From the sequence record MF327009: 64,000 nucleotides of DNA; one strand, given 5' to 3'. Numbering within the stretch: the stretch's first letter is position 1; each line of letters opens with the position of its first letter. The notes beneath the pieces are model-generated. The model was not told where the DNA came from. It searched no databases and saw only the letters and a program-made list of their open reading frames with translations. This document shows, piece after piece, positions 41,383-52,498 of the stretch. A program made the translations under genes and the position numbers. The stretch comes from Shigella phage Sf25.

Positions 41383-42300
41383 TCAAAATTCATTAATGCT
41401 ATTAGTTAATTTAGAAAGACCCGCTTTTACAAAATATGAATAAATTTTGCCACGCGGTGGTAATTTATATGAATTATAGTAATTCACAATGTTTGAAGCA
41501 ATATTATCAGGAATATAATCAAAATCAATTAGAACTAAATTTTCTTTATAACGATTATATTCAGATTCAGTGAGAAGCACCTTAGCTTGCTCACGGTCAT
41601 TAGCAATAGCTTCAACAATAGAGGTTTTCATTGAAGGAGTTCGTTCACCTTCAACTCTAGTAAACCAAAAGTCAGACCGTACTTTAACTGAAGCAACGTT
41701 ATCCTTTTTGTCACCTTTAAGGATTTTAGTCATACAGTCAATTTCAGCAGAACCGCTTTTAATTTTAACCCATTTCTTGTGCATCGGTGACCATTGCTTA
41801 ACATTTGGGTATTTATGAAGTTGAGTAAAGTCACCATCCGATGAAATGATTAAAATCTTGTGTCCTTCTAAAGAGAACTTTTTAACAAGAACAGCAATAT
41901 GGTCATCTGCTTCATACTTATCAATATCCATAACAATGTATGGCATATAAGCTTTCAATTCATCTATAACTTTATGACTGGATTCAAAATAACCTTCCCA
42001 GTCCCAAGTAGATTCTTCTCGTGCTTTTCCACGGTTTTTCTTATAATAATAAGCAAAATCACGACGCCAATATCCAGATTTCGCGTTATCAATACACAAT
42101 ACAATTTTAGTGTATCCAAGAGCTTTTGCTTTTTTGACATTAAACTTAATTGAGTTCAATATCAAATGACGAACCATTGATAAATTAATTTTTTCTTTAT
42201 CTGGAAAGTTTACCAAAGCAGTTGAAAGCGCAATTTGACTAAAGTCAATTAAGCAGATTCCTTCTTTGTAATCTTCATCCAGCATCATTTCTAAATCCAT
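41383..42300 (-). CDS. rnh: RNase H (5'-3' exonuclease, FEN-1 family)
   Basis: 305 aa from MDLEMMLDEDYKEGICLIDFSQIALS; matches recalled T4 RNase H. Confidence 0.9.
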   Translation of the reverse strand: MDLEMMLDEDYKEGICLIDFSQIALSTALVNFPDKEKINLSMVRHLILNSIKFNVKKAKALGYTKIVLCIDNAKSGYWRRDFAYYYKKNRGKAREESTWDWEGYFESSHKVIDELKAYMPYIVMDIDKYEADDHIAVLVKKFSLEGHKILIISSDGDFTQLHKYPNVKQWSPMHKKWVKIKSGSAEIDCMTKILKGDKKDNVASVKVRSDFWFTRVEGERTPSMKTSIVEAIANDREQAKVLLTESEYNRYKENLVLIDFDYIPDNIASNIVNYYNSYKLPPRGKIYSYFVKAGLSKLTNSINEF

Positions 42301-42362
42301 ATGAACCTCGTTCAATTAGTGAGATTTCTATTATATACCATCCGAATCTTAAAGTAAACAAG

Positions 42363-42370
42363 TATAAATA
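42363..42370 (+). promoter_or_regulatory. late promoter TATAAATA upstream of gene 34
   Basis: Exact TATAAATA about 35 bp upstream of the gene 34 ATG. Confidence 0.65.
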
Positions 42371-42404
42371 CTTATTATTGAAAACACAATAGGAGCCCGG
42401 GAGA

Positions 42405-45400
42405 ATGGCCGAGATTAAAAGAAAGTTCAGAGCAGAAGATGGTCTGGACGCAGGTGGTGATAAAATAATCAACGTAGCTTTAGCTGATCGTACCGTAGGA
42501 ACTGACGGTGTTAACGTTGATTACTTAATTCAAGAAAACACAGTTCAACAATATGATCCAACTCGTGGATATTTAAAAGATTTTGTAATCATTTATGATA
42601 ACCGCTTTTGGGCTGCTATAAATGATATTCCAAAACCGGCAGGAGCTTTTAATAGCGGACGCTGGAGAGCATTACGTACCGATGCTAACTGGATTACAGT
42701 CTCATCTGGTTCATATCAATTAAAATCTGGTGAAGCTATTTCGGTTAACACTGCAGCTGGTAATGATATTACATTTACTTTACCATCTACTCCAATTGAC
42801 GGTGATACTATCGTTCTCCAAGATATTGGAGGAAAACCTGGAGTTAACCAAGTTTTAATTGTAGCTCCAGTACAAAGTATTGTAAACTTTAGAGGTGAAC
42901 AGGTACGTTCAGTACTAATGACTCATCCAAAGTCACAGCTAGTTTTAATTTTTAGTAATCGTCTGTGGCAAATGTATGTTGCTGATTATAGTAGAGAAGC
43001 TATAGTTGTAACACCAGCAAGTCTCTATCAGGCGCAATCTAATGATTTTATCGTACGTAGATTTACTTCTGCTGCACCAATTAATGTTAAACTTCCAAGA
43101 TTTGCTAATCATGGCGATATTATTAATTTCGTTGATTTAGATAAACTGAATCCACTTTATCATACAATTGTTACTACATACGATGAAACGACTTCAGTAC
43201 AAGAAGTTGGAACTCATTCCATTGAAGGCCGTACATCGATTGACGGTTTCTTGATGTTTGATGATAATGAGAAATTGTGGAGATTGTTTGACGGGGATAG
43301 TAAAGCACGTTTACGTATCATAACGACTAATTCAAATATTCGTCCAAACGAAGAAGTTATGGTATTTGGTGCAAATAACGGAACAACTCAAACGATTGAG
43401 CTTCAGCTTCCAACTAATATTTCTGTTGGTGATACTGTTAAAATTTCCATGAATTACATGAGAAAAGGACAAACAGTTAAAATCAAAGCTGCAGGTGAAG
43501 ATAAAATTGCTTCTTCAGTTCAATTGCTGCAATTCCCAAAACGTTCAGAATATCCGCCTGAAGCTGAGTGGGTTACAGTTCAAGAATTAGTTTTTAACGG
43601 TGAAACTAATTATGTTCCAGTTTTACAGCTTGCTTATATAGAAGATTCTGATGGAAAATACTGGGTTGTACAGCAAAATGTTCCAACCGTAGAAAGAGTA
43701 GATTCTTTAAATGATTCTACTAGAGCAAGATTAGGCGTGATTGCTTTAGCTACACAAGCGCAAGCTAATGTCGATTTAGAAAATTCTCCGCAAAAAGAAT
43801 TAGCAATTACTCCAGAAACATTAGCTAACCGTACTGCTACAGAAACTCGTAGAGGTATCGCAAGAATAGCAACTACTGCTCAAGTGAATCAGAACACCAC
43901 ATTCTCTTTTGCTGATGATATTATCATTACTCCTAAAAAGCTGAATGAAAGAACTGCTACAGAAACTCGTAGAGGTGTTGCTGAAATTGCTACGCAACAG
44001 GAAACTAATGCAGGTACTGATGATACTACAATCATCACTCCTAAAAAGCTTCAAGCTCGACAAGGTTCTGAATCATTATCAGGTATTGTAACCTTTGTAT
44101 CTACCGCGGGAGCTACTCCAGCTTCTAGTCGTGAATTAAATGGTACAAACGTTTATAATAAAAACACTAATAATTTAGTTGTTTCGCCTAAAGCTCTAGA
44201 TCAGTATAAAGCTACTCCAACGCAGCAAGGTGCAGTAATTTTAGCAGTTGAAAGTGAAGTAATTGCTGGACAGAGCCAAGAAGGATGGGCAAATGCGGTT
44301 GTAACGCCAGAAACGTTACATAAAAAGACATCAACTGATGGAAGAATTGGATTAATTGAAATTGCTACACAGTCTGAAGTTAATACAGGAACTGATTATA
44401 CTCGTGCAGTCACTCCTAAAACTTTAAATGATCGTAAAGCAACTGAAAGTTTAAGTGGTATAGCAGAAATAGCAACACAAGTTGAATTCGACGCAGGCGT
44501 CGACGATACTCGTATCTCTACACCATTAAAAATTAAAACCAGATTTAATAGTACTGATCGTACTTCTGTTGTTGCTCTATCTGGATTAGTTGAATCAGGA
44601 ACTCTCTGGGACCATTATACCCTTAATATTCTTGAAGCAAATGAGACACAGCGTGGTACACTTCGTGTGGCTACACAAGTTGAAGCTGCTGCAGGAACAT
44701 TAGATAATGTTTTAATAACTCCTAAAAAGCTTTTAGGTACTAAATCTACCGAATCGCAGGAAGGTGTTATTAAAGTTGCAACACAAACTGAAACTGTTGC
44801 TGGTACATCATCTAATACTGCTGTATCTCCAAAGAATTTAAAATGGATCGTGCAGAGCGAACCTACTTGGGCAGCTACAACGGCTATAAGAGGATTTGTT
44901 AAAACTTCTTCTGGTTCTATTACTTTCGTTGGTAATGATACTGTTGGTTCAACACAACCTTTAGAATCATATGAAAAAAATAGCTATGCTATATCTCCAT
45001 ATGAATTAAACAGAGTATTAGCTAACTATTTACCATTAAAAGCCAAAGCAGTTGATAGTAATTTACTCGATGGTCTAGATTCACTCCAGTTCATTCGTAG
45101 GGACATCGCCCAGACAGTTAATGGATCACTAACCTTAACGCAACAAACGAATCTGAGTGCCCCTCTTGTATCATCTAGTACTGCTACGTTTGGTGGATCA
45201 GTTTCTGCTAATAGTACATTGACTATTTCTAACACAGGAACAGCTACTCGACTGATTTTTGAAAAAGGACCTCAGACTGGAACAAATCCGGCTCAAACGA
45301 TGACTATCAGAGTTTGGGGAAATGAGTTTGGAGGTGGTTCTGATACATCACGTTCAACTGTATTTGAAGTTGGTGATGAAACGTCTAATCACTTCTATTC

Positions 45401-46274
45401 GCAACGTAATAAAGCTGGTAATATTGTTTTCAGTATTAATGGTACTGTAATGCCAATAAATGTGAATGCTTCGGGTTCATTGAATGCTAATGGTGTTGCA
45501 ACATTTGGTAGTTCTGTTACTGCTAATGGTGAATTCATCAGTAAATCAGCAAATGCTTTTAGAGCAATAAATGGTGATTACGGATTCTTCATTCGTAATG
45601 ATGGTGGAAACACCTATTTCATGTTAACTGCTTCTGGTGATCAAACTGGTGGATTTAATGGATTAAGACCTTTAGCAATAAACAATACATCAGGTCAAGT
45701 TACAATCGGTGAAGGATTAATTGCAGCAAAAGGTGTTACGATAAATTCTGGTGGTTTGACTGTTAACTCGAGAATTCGTTCTCAAGGTTCTAAAACTGCT
45801 GATTTATATACTCGTGCTCCTACTGCTGATACAGTCGGATTCTGGTCAATTGACATTAATGATTCAGCTACATACAACCAATTCCCTGGTTATTTTAAAA
45901 TGGTTGAAAAAACTAATGAAGTGACTGGGCTTCCATACTTAGAACGTGGTGAAGAAGTTAAATCTCCTGGTACTTTGACTCAGTTTGGTAATACTCTTGA
46001 TTCACTTTACCAAGATTGGATTACTTATCCAATAACTCCTGAAGCACGTACAACCCGTTGGACACGTACTTGGCAGAAGAATAAAAATTCATGGTCAAGT
46101 TTTGTCCAAGTATTTGATGGTGGAAACCCTCCTCAACCTTCTGATATTGGTGCTTTACCTTCTGATAATGCAATAATCGGAAACTTGACAATAAGAGATT
46201 TCTTAAGGATTGGTAACGTCCGCATTATTCCAGATCCTGTGACTAAATCAGTTAAATTCGAGTGGATTGAATAA
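42405..46274 (+). CDS. 34: long tail fibre proximal subunit gp34
   Basis: 1289-aa ORF; recurring ITPKKL...TETRRG...IATQ motifs; length matches T4 gp34. Confidence 0.95.
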   Translation: MAEIKRKFRAEDGLDAGGDKIINVALADRTVGTDGVNVDYLIQENTVQQYDPTRGYLKDFVIIYDNRFWAAINDIPKPAGAFNSGRWRALRTDANWITVSSGSYQLKSGEAISVNTAAGNDITFTLPSTPIDGDTIVLQDIGGKPGVNQVLIVAPVQSIVNFRGEQVRSVLMTHPKSQLVLIFSNRLWQMYVADYSREAIVVTPASLYQAQSNDFIVRRFTSAAPINVKLPRFANHGDIINFVDLDKLNPLYHTIVTTYDETTSVQEVGTHSIEGRTSIDGFLMFDDNEKLWRLFDGDSKARLRIITTNSNIRPNEEVMVFGANNGTTQTIELQLPTNISVGDTVKISMNYMRKGQTVKIKAAGEDKIASSVQLLQFPKRSEYPPEAEWVTVQELVFNGETNYVPVLQLAYIEDSDGKYWVVQQNVPTVERVDSLNDSTRARLGVIALATQAQANVDLENSPQKELAITPETLANRTATETRRGIARIATTAQVNQNTTFSFADDIIITPKKLNERTATETRRGVAEIATQQETNAGTDDTTIITPKKLQARQGSESLSGIVTFVSTAGATPASSRELNGTNVYNKNTNNLVVSPKALDQYKATPTQQGAVILAVESEVIAGQSQEGWANAVVTPETLHKKTSTDGRIGLIEIATQSEVNTGTDYTRAVTPKTLNDRKATESLSGIAEIATQVEFDAGVDDTRISTPLKIKTRFNSTDRTSVVALSGLVESGTLWDHYTLNILEANETQRGTLRVATQVEAAAGTLDNVLITPKKLLGTKSTESQEGVIKVATQTETVAGTSSNTAVSPKNLKWIVQSEPTWAATTAIRGFVKTSSGSITFVGNDTVGSTQPLESYEKNSYAISPYELNRVLANYLPLKAKAVDSNLLDGLDSLQFIRRDIAQTVNGSLTLTQQTNLSAPLVSSSTATFGGSVSANSTLTISNTGTATRLIFEKGPQTGTNPAQTMTIRVWGNEFGGGSDTSRSTVFEVGDETSNHFYSQRNKAGNIVFSINGTVMPINVNASGSLNANGVATFGSSVTANGEFISKSANAFRAINGDYGFFIRNDGGNTYFMLTASGDQTGGFNGLRPLAINNTSGQVTIGEGLIAAKGVTINSGGLTVNSRIRSQGSKTADLYTRAPTADTVGFWSIDINDSATYNQFPGYFKMVEKTNEVTGLPYLERGEEVKSPGTLTQFGNTLDSLYQDWITYPITPEARTTRWTRTWQKNKNSWSSFVQVFDGGNPPQPSDIGALPSDNAIIGNLTIRDFLRIGNVRIIPDPVTKSVKFEWIE

Positions 46275-46282
46275 GAGGTATT

Positions 46283-47398
46283 ATGGAAAAATTTATGGCA
46301 GAGTTTGGACAAGGATATGTCCAAACTCCATTTTTATCGGAAAGCAATTCAGTAAGATATAAAATAAGTATAGCGGGTTCTTGCCCGCTTTCTACTGCAG
46401 GGCCTTATGTTAAATTTCAAGATAATCCTATTGGAAGTCAAACATTTAATGCAGGTCTTCATTTGAGAGTTTTTGATCCTACATCAGGGGCGTTAGTCGA
46501 TAGTAAATCATATGCATTTTCATCATCTAACGATACGACATCAGCTGCTTTTATTGATTTTATGAATTCAATTTCATCTAATAGAATAGTTGCTATATTA
46601 ACAAGTGGAAAAGTTAATTTCCCTCCTGAAGTAGTTTCTTGGTTAAGAACAGCAGGAACATCTGCTTTTCCATCTGATGCTATATTATCTAGATTTGATG
46701 TTTCATACGCAGCTTTTTACACTTCAGTAAAACGGGCAATCGCGTTAGAACACGTTAAATTAAGTAATAGAAAAAGCACAGATGATTATCAAACTATACT
46801 AGATGTAGTATTTGATAGCATAGAAGATGTTGGAGCAACAGGTTTTCCAAAAAGAACTTATGAAAGCGTTGAACAATTTATGTCAGCAGTTGGTGGAACA
46901 AATAATGAAATAGCGCGTTTACCTACTTCAGCCGCAATAAGTAAACTTTCTGACTACAATTTAATTCCTGGCGATGTTCTTTATCTTAAAGCACAGTTAT
47001 ATGCTGACGCAGATTTATTAGCATTAGGAACTACTAATATTTCAATTCGTTTTTATAACTCATCAAACGGATATATTTCTTCAACCCAAGCTGAATTTAC
47101 AGGACAGGCTGGATCTTGGGAATTAAAAGAGGATTATGTGGTTGTTCCAGAAAATGCAGTTGGATTTACGATATATGCACAGAGAACTGCTCAAGCAGGA
47201 CAAGGCGGCATGCGAAATTTAAGCTTTTCTGAAGTATCAAGAAATGGTGGAATTTCAAAACCCGCCGAGTTTGGTGTTAATGGTATTAGAGTTAATTATG
47301 TCTGTGAATCTGCTTCACCTCCTGATATAATGGTACTTCCAACACAATCGTCTACAAATACTGGAAAAGTTTTTGGACAAGAATTTAGAGAAGTTTAA
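46283..47398 (+). CDS. 35: long tail fibre hinge connector gp35
   Basis: 371-aa ORF; position and length as in T4. Confidence 0.9.
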   Translation: MEKFMAEFGQGYVQTPFLSESNSVRYKISIAGSCPLSTAGPYVKFQDNPIGSQTFNAGLHLRVFDPTSGALVDSKSYAFSSSNDTTSAAFIDFMNSISSNRIVAILTSGKVNFPPEVVSWLRTAGTSAFPSDAILSRFDVSYAAFYTSVKRAIALEHVKLSNRKSTDDYQTILDVVFDSIEDVGATGFPKRTYESVEQFMSAVGGTNNEIARLPTSAAISKLSDYNLIPGDVLYLKAQLYADADLLALGTTNISIRFYNSSNGYISSTQAEFTGQAGSWELKEDYVVVPENAVGFTIYAQRTAQAGQGGMRNLSFSEVSRNGGISKPAEFGVNGIRVNYVCESASPPDIMVLPTQSSTNTGKVFGQEFREV

Positions 47399-47403
47399 AC
47401 TGA

Positions 47404-47430
47404 GGGAGCCTTCGGGTTCCCTTTTTCTTT
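47404..47430 (+). terminator. rho-independent terminator after gene 35 (GGGAGCC-TTCG-GGTTCCC plus T-run)
   Basis: Stem-loop followed by tttttcttt. Confidence 0.65.
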
Positions 47431-47437
47431 ATAAATA
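47430..47437 (+). promoter_or_regulatory. late promoter TATAAATA upstream of gene 36
   Basis: Exact TATAAATA about 24 bp upstream of the gene 36 ATG. Confidence 0.65.
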
Positions 47438-47460
47438 CTATTAAAATAAAGGGGCATACA

Positions 47461-48126
47461 ATGGCTGATTTAAAAGTAGGTTCAACAACTGGAGGCTCTG
47501 TCATTTGGCATCAAGGAAATTTTCCATTGAATCCAGCCGGTGACGATGTACTCTATAAATCATTTAAAATATATACAGAATATAATAAACCACAAGCAGC
47601 TGATAACGATTTCGTTTCTAAAGCTAATGGTGGTACTTACGCTTCAAAGGTAACATTTAACGGTGGCGTGCAAATACCATATGCTATAAACAATACAAAC
47701 CAAAGCGGTATTTTTCCTGGTAATGGTGATGCTGCTACTTTTGCTACAGCAAATATTGATATTGTTTCATGGTATGGCATTGGTTTTAAATCATCACAAG
47801 GATCTGCAGGTAGAACTGTAGTAATTAATGCACGTAATGGCGATATTAGCACAAAAGGCGTTGTATCTGCTTCAGGACAAGTAAGAAGCGATATGACTGC
47901 TCCAGTTGCAGCAAATGATCTCACAAGAAAAGATTATGTTGATGGAGCAATAAATATTGTTACGGATAACGCAAATTCACGTGTATTGCGTAGAGGCGAT
48001 ACTATGACTGGAAATTTAACAGCTCCAAACTTTTTCTCACAGAATCCAGCGTCTCAACCTTCACATGTTCCACGATTTGATCAAATTGTTATTAAGGATT
48101 CTGTTCAAGATTTCGGCTATTATTAA
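47461..48126 (+). CDS. 36: long tail fibre distal connector gp36
   Basis: 221-aa ORF; length matches T4 gp36. Confidence 0.9.
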   Translation: MADLKVGSTTGGSVIWHQGNFPLNPAGDDVLYKSFKIYTEYNKPQAADNDFVSKANGGTYASKVTFNGGVQIPYAINNTNQSGIFPGNGDAATFATANIDIVSWYGIGFKSSQGSAGRTVVINARNGDISTKGVVSASGQVRSDMTAPVAANDLTRKDYVDGAINIVTDNANSRVLRRGDTMTGNLTAPNFFSQNPASQPSHVPRFDQIVIKDSVQDFGYY

Positions 48127-48134
48127 GAGGACTT

Positions 48135-51100
48135 ATGGCTACTTTAAAACAAATACAATTTAAAAGAAGCAAAACTGCAGGTCAACGTCCTGCTGCTTCA
48201 GTATTAGCCGAAGGTGAATTGGCTATAAACTTAAAAGACCGTACTCTTTTTACTAAAGATGACTCGGGAAATATTATTGATTTAAGCATTTCTGCCGGTG
48301 GTAACATTAGTGGAAATATCACTCAAAATGGTGATTATTTACAAAACGGCACGTATAATCTTAATGGAAATCAGTTTGTTTATGCAGGAAAGTATATTGA
48401 ATTCTTGCCAAAAACTGCTGGAAATGGTGCTTGGGCAAATCAGCACACAAATAAAGCTCCAATTTTCACCGATTTGAGTTCAACTACTTCAACTTCTGAA
48501 TATCATCCGCTAATTAAACAACGTTATAAAGATGGAACGTTTTCATTAGGGACTTTAGTTTCTGAAGGCTCAATGAAGATACACTATATCGATGAAACTG
48601 GCACTTCAAAATATTGGACTTTCCGACGTGATGGTGGTTTTGTTGTTGATAGTGGTAGTTTAACTGTTACTGCTGGAAACATATCTGCTTCAGGCAATAT
48701 TAATTCGGCATCAGGGGTTGTTTCAGCTCCTCAAATTAATACAAAAACCATTGTTTTAGATACAAAAGCATTTGGACAATATGATTCGCAGTCATTAGTT
48801 CAGTATGTTTATCCTGGCACTGGCGAAACAAACGGTATAAACTATCTTCGTAAAGTTCGCGCAAAATCAGGTGGTACAATTTATCATGAAATAGCTTCAG
48901 CTCAAAGTGGAAAAAGCGATGAAATTTCGTGGTGGACTGGAAATACAGCCGTTAATAAACAAATGGGTCTTCGTAATGATGGTGCAATGGTATTACGTCG
49001 TTCACTTGCTATTGGCACAATTACTACAGATGAAAACGTAAATAACTATGGATCTGCTGGAGCAATGGGAGAAAAATACATTGTTCTTGGAGATGCGTCA
49101 ACTGGACTAGCTTATAAAAAGACAGGAGTTTATGACTTAGTTGGTAGTGGTTTATCTGTTGCTTCTATCACTCCCGACAGTTTTCGTAGTACCCGTAAAG
49201 CAATTTTTGGACGTTCTGAAGACCAAGGCGGTACATGGCTTCTTCCTGGTCAAAACGCTGCTCTTCTTTCAGTTCGTACAGATATTGATCAAAATAATAA
49301 CGGTGATGGTCAAACTCATATTGGATATAATAGTAACAGCAAGTTTTATCATTATTTTAGAGGCAGAGGCCGAATGGCTGTTGGAATGGCTGAAGGTCTT
49401 ATTGTTGAGCCTGGAATTTTAGATATTAAAACTGGTTCAAATACTGTTTCTATTAGAGCTGATGGCGGAATTTCATCTACTCAGCGTCTTTCATTGCAGA
49501 ATGGTATATTTTTATCTTCTGACGGAAATAACAACGGTATATCGTTTAAAGCTTCTAGCAGTATAGATGGAACTAAAACTCTTAATTGGGATGCTGGTAC
49601 TCGTGCAGGTCAAAACAAAAATACAGTAATTTTAAAAGCATGGGGAAATTCATTTAATACAAGTGGTGGAACTGATAGACATACTGTATTTGAAGTTTCT
49701 GATTCGCAAGGATACTACTTTTATGCTCAACGTACTACCCCTGCATCCGGTCAAACAGTAGGTCCTATTAATTTTAAATTTAATGGTACTGTAGAAACCG
49801 GTCATATCAATGGATTAGGTAATATTACTTTATCTGGGGCAGTTATAGCAGATTCTGCTAATATTAAAGGACCGCTAAAAATATCTAATGCTAATACAGC
49901 TGATGCTTTTAGAATATGGAACGCTGAATATGGAGCCATTTTCCGTCGTTCAGAAACATCATTGCATATTATTCCTACACTTAAAGATGCAGGGGAAAAT
50001 GGTGGAATAAGTAATCTTCGCCCATTAAGTATTGATCTTTCAAACGGATTTGTGCAAATGCATCATTCTCTTTCTGTGGGGAATACAGTAAGAACGAATG
50101 GATTGTTTGCTGTGGATACTTCAGCTGCTCTTGTTGCAATTAACAGATGTTCCTATTGTGAAACAAAGATACGTTCAAGGGAATAGCACCTATTCATTAG
50201 GTACTTTAATTAATGGTGGTGATTTCCGTTTACATTACCATGAAGGCGGTGACAGTTCTTCAACAGGTGCAGTTATAAAAGATATTTCCTGGGAATTTAA
50301 ACGTAATGGTGATTTCTATTCGCCAGGTCGTTTACGTACAGGAAATATCTATATTGGAACTGATGGTAATATCACGGGTGGTTCTGGTAACTTTGCTAAC
50401 TTGAATACAACTTTAAACCGTAAAGTTAATTCTGGTTTTATTACTTATGGAGCAACTGCAGGTTGGTACAAGTTTGCAACAGTAACAATGCCTCAAGCTA
50501 CATCAACCGTTTCAATTACAGTCACTGGCGGAAATGGATTTAATTCTGGATCATTTAATCAGTGTGCAATTTCTGAAATTGTTCTTCGTACAGGAAACAA
50601 TAATCCTCTGGTGATACATATGACATTTATGTTAATATGGGAACATATGCTAATCAGTTGATATTTAACTATAGTTCTGTTGATAATGCCACAGTTCAAA
50701 TTATTGGCGCATTCAGTTCAGCTCAAAATCCTGTTGATGCATTGCCAGAAACATATGTTAAAGGTCAGGTAGCAGATGTATTGACTAACTTAGTTGATTC
50801 TGGAAAAACGAAGCGTTTTGTTGCTGAATCTGAAATAGCTATTAATAATCAAACTGGATTACGTATTACGAGTAATGGTGATAAATCTGGTTCAAATTCA
50901 GTATTATTCAGAAATGATGGATCAGCGTTTTATATTCTTTTAACAGATAAAAACGCAGCAGATGGAAATACGACTGCCACAGAAGGAGATTGGAATGGTA
51001 AACGTCCTTTCCAAATTAATATGACTTCTGGTGAAGTAACATTCGGAAATAATATTAATATTTCTGGAAACGGAAGCATTACTTGGACAAAAGCCGGAGC

Positions 51101-51770
51101 AAACCCTAGAAATATGAGAATATTTCATGCAGGTGATGCTTCTCGTGGTAACCGTATTGAAATCGCAGATGATACTAATTATATTGCTTACTTTGAAAAA
51201 ACTCCAGGTGGAGCTAACCGCTTTGTAGTTAATGGTGCTACTGTAGCTGGTGTTAATCAAATGAATTCATTTGGTATTAACATCAATAACGCGCTTGGTG
51301 GAAATAGTATAGCATTTGGTGATAATGACACGGGTATTAAGCAAAACGGCGATGGATTATTAGACATTTATGCGAATGGTGTGCAAACGTTCCGTTTCCA
51401 AAACGGTGATTTGTACTCATATAAAAATATAAATGCCCCAAACGTTTATATTCGTTCTGATATTCGCTTAAAATCTAATTTCAAACCTATCGAAAATGCA
51501 CTTGATAAAGTTGAAAAACTCAATGGTGTCATTTATGATAAAGCTGAATATATCGGTGGAGAGGCAATTGAAACTGAAGCGGGTATTGTGGCTCAAACGT
51601 TACAAGACGTTTTACCAGAAGCCGTCCGTGAAACAGAAGACAGCAAGGGTAATAAAATACTCACTGTTTCTTCTCAAGCCCAGATTGCTCTTCTGGTTGA
51701 AGCTGTGAAAACGCTTTCTTCTCGTGTAAAAGAACTTGAATCTAAACTTCTTGAATCTAAACTTATGTAA
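48135..51770 (+). CDS. 37: long tail fibre distal subunit gp37, T2-type with C-terminal intramolecular chaperone domain; reading frame broken twice (about 50140-50160 and 50604-50615)
   Basis: Three consecutive ORFs in three frames (48135-50186, 50098-50661, 50637-51770), all gp37-like: [37 protein letters not shown]...; [34 protein letters not shown]; C-terminal SDIRLKSNF...VKELESKL. Confidence 0.8.
51456..51767 (+). other. peptidase S74-type intramolecular chaperone / self-cleavage domain at the gp37 C-terminus
   Basis: Motif RSDIRLK followed by a coiled-coil-like tail; domain assignment by recollection of the family. Confidence 0.55.
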
Positions 51771-51772
51771 AA

Positions 51773-51792
51773 GAGGGCTTCGGCCCTCTAAG
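51773..51792 (+). terminator. hairpin after gene 37 (AGAGGGC-TTCG-GCCCTCT)
   Basis: Perfect stem-loop followed by aaggattttt. Confidence 0.45.
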
Positions 51793-51800
51793 GATTTTTA

Positions 51801-52498
51801 ATGGCAATTGTAGGTGTTCCTGGCTGGATTGGTGAATCTGCCGTGAATGAAACAGGACAGCGTTGGATGGATGCTGCAATGAGAGCAGTCCGTGTTTCAG
51901 TTCCCGGTTGGATGAGCTCAATGGCCGGACAATCTAAAGAAGTATATTATAGCATTGGTGCTAGTAATTCTTATAATAAAGATACATTAATAAACTGAAT
52001 GCATACGTGACACTTAATATCAATTCAGGCGTGCATGTTTGGGGCCGTGGCGGGAATGGCGGAAATAACTCTGCCGGTGGAGCAGGAGGAACTGCAATAA
52101 ATAATGGAATTGGAACTAGATTGCGTATTAACAACAATGGTGTTATCGCAGGAGGCGGTGGCGGCGGTGGAGGCGGATATTATTCTCCTTTTTCACAAAT
52201 GAAATTGACTTTTGGCGGTGGCGGCGGTCGTCCATTTGGTGCTGCTGGCGGGTCTGCTAATATGGAACAGGGCGCTACTGCTGGTACTATTTCTGCACCT
52301 GGTAAAGGGTCTGTCAATGGTATCTATAATGGCGGGAATGGCGGTGATGCTGGTGCCGCAGGTGGTAAATGTAATATTCGTGGGCAAGGATCAGAATATA
52401 ACGGCGGTGCGGCCGGTAAAGCTGTTACTGGTAATGCTCCAACTTGGACTAAGGTTGGTACAATATATGGCCCTCTGATATTCTATTTGGTGTTCTAG
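51801..52498 (+). CDS. 38: gp38 receptor-recognising adhesin (T2-type, glycine-rich islands); split by a frameshift near 51980-51996
   Basis: ORF 51801-51998 (MAIVGVPGWIGESAVNETGQRWM...) and ORF 52007-52498 in another frame with GGGGGGGGG islands; the second frame is open back to 51980. Confidence 0.75.

Noticed and set aside
42405-46274. Repeated ITPKKL...TETRRG...IATQ motifs in gp34 as an anomalous repeat
   Set aside because: The copies are degenerate and in-frame, typical of the repeating structural modules of T-even tail fibre proteins; gp34 length (1289 aa) matches T4.
52100-52420. Poly-glycine runs (GGGGGGGGG) in gp38 as a low-complexity or sequencing artefact
   Set aside because: Glycine-rich islands separating hypervariable segments are the known architecture of T2-type gp38 adhesins.
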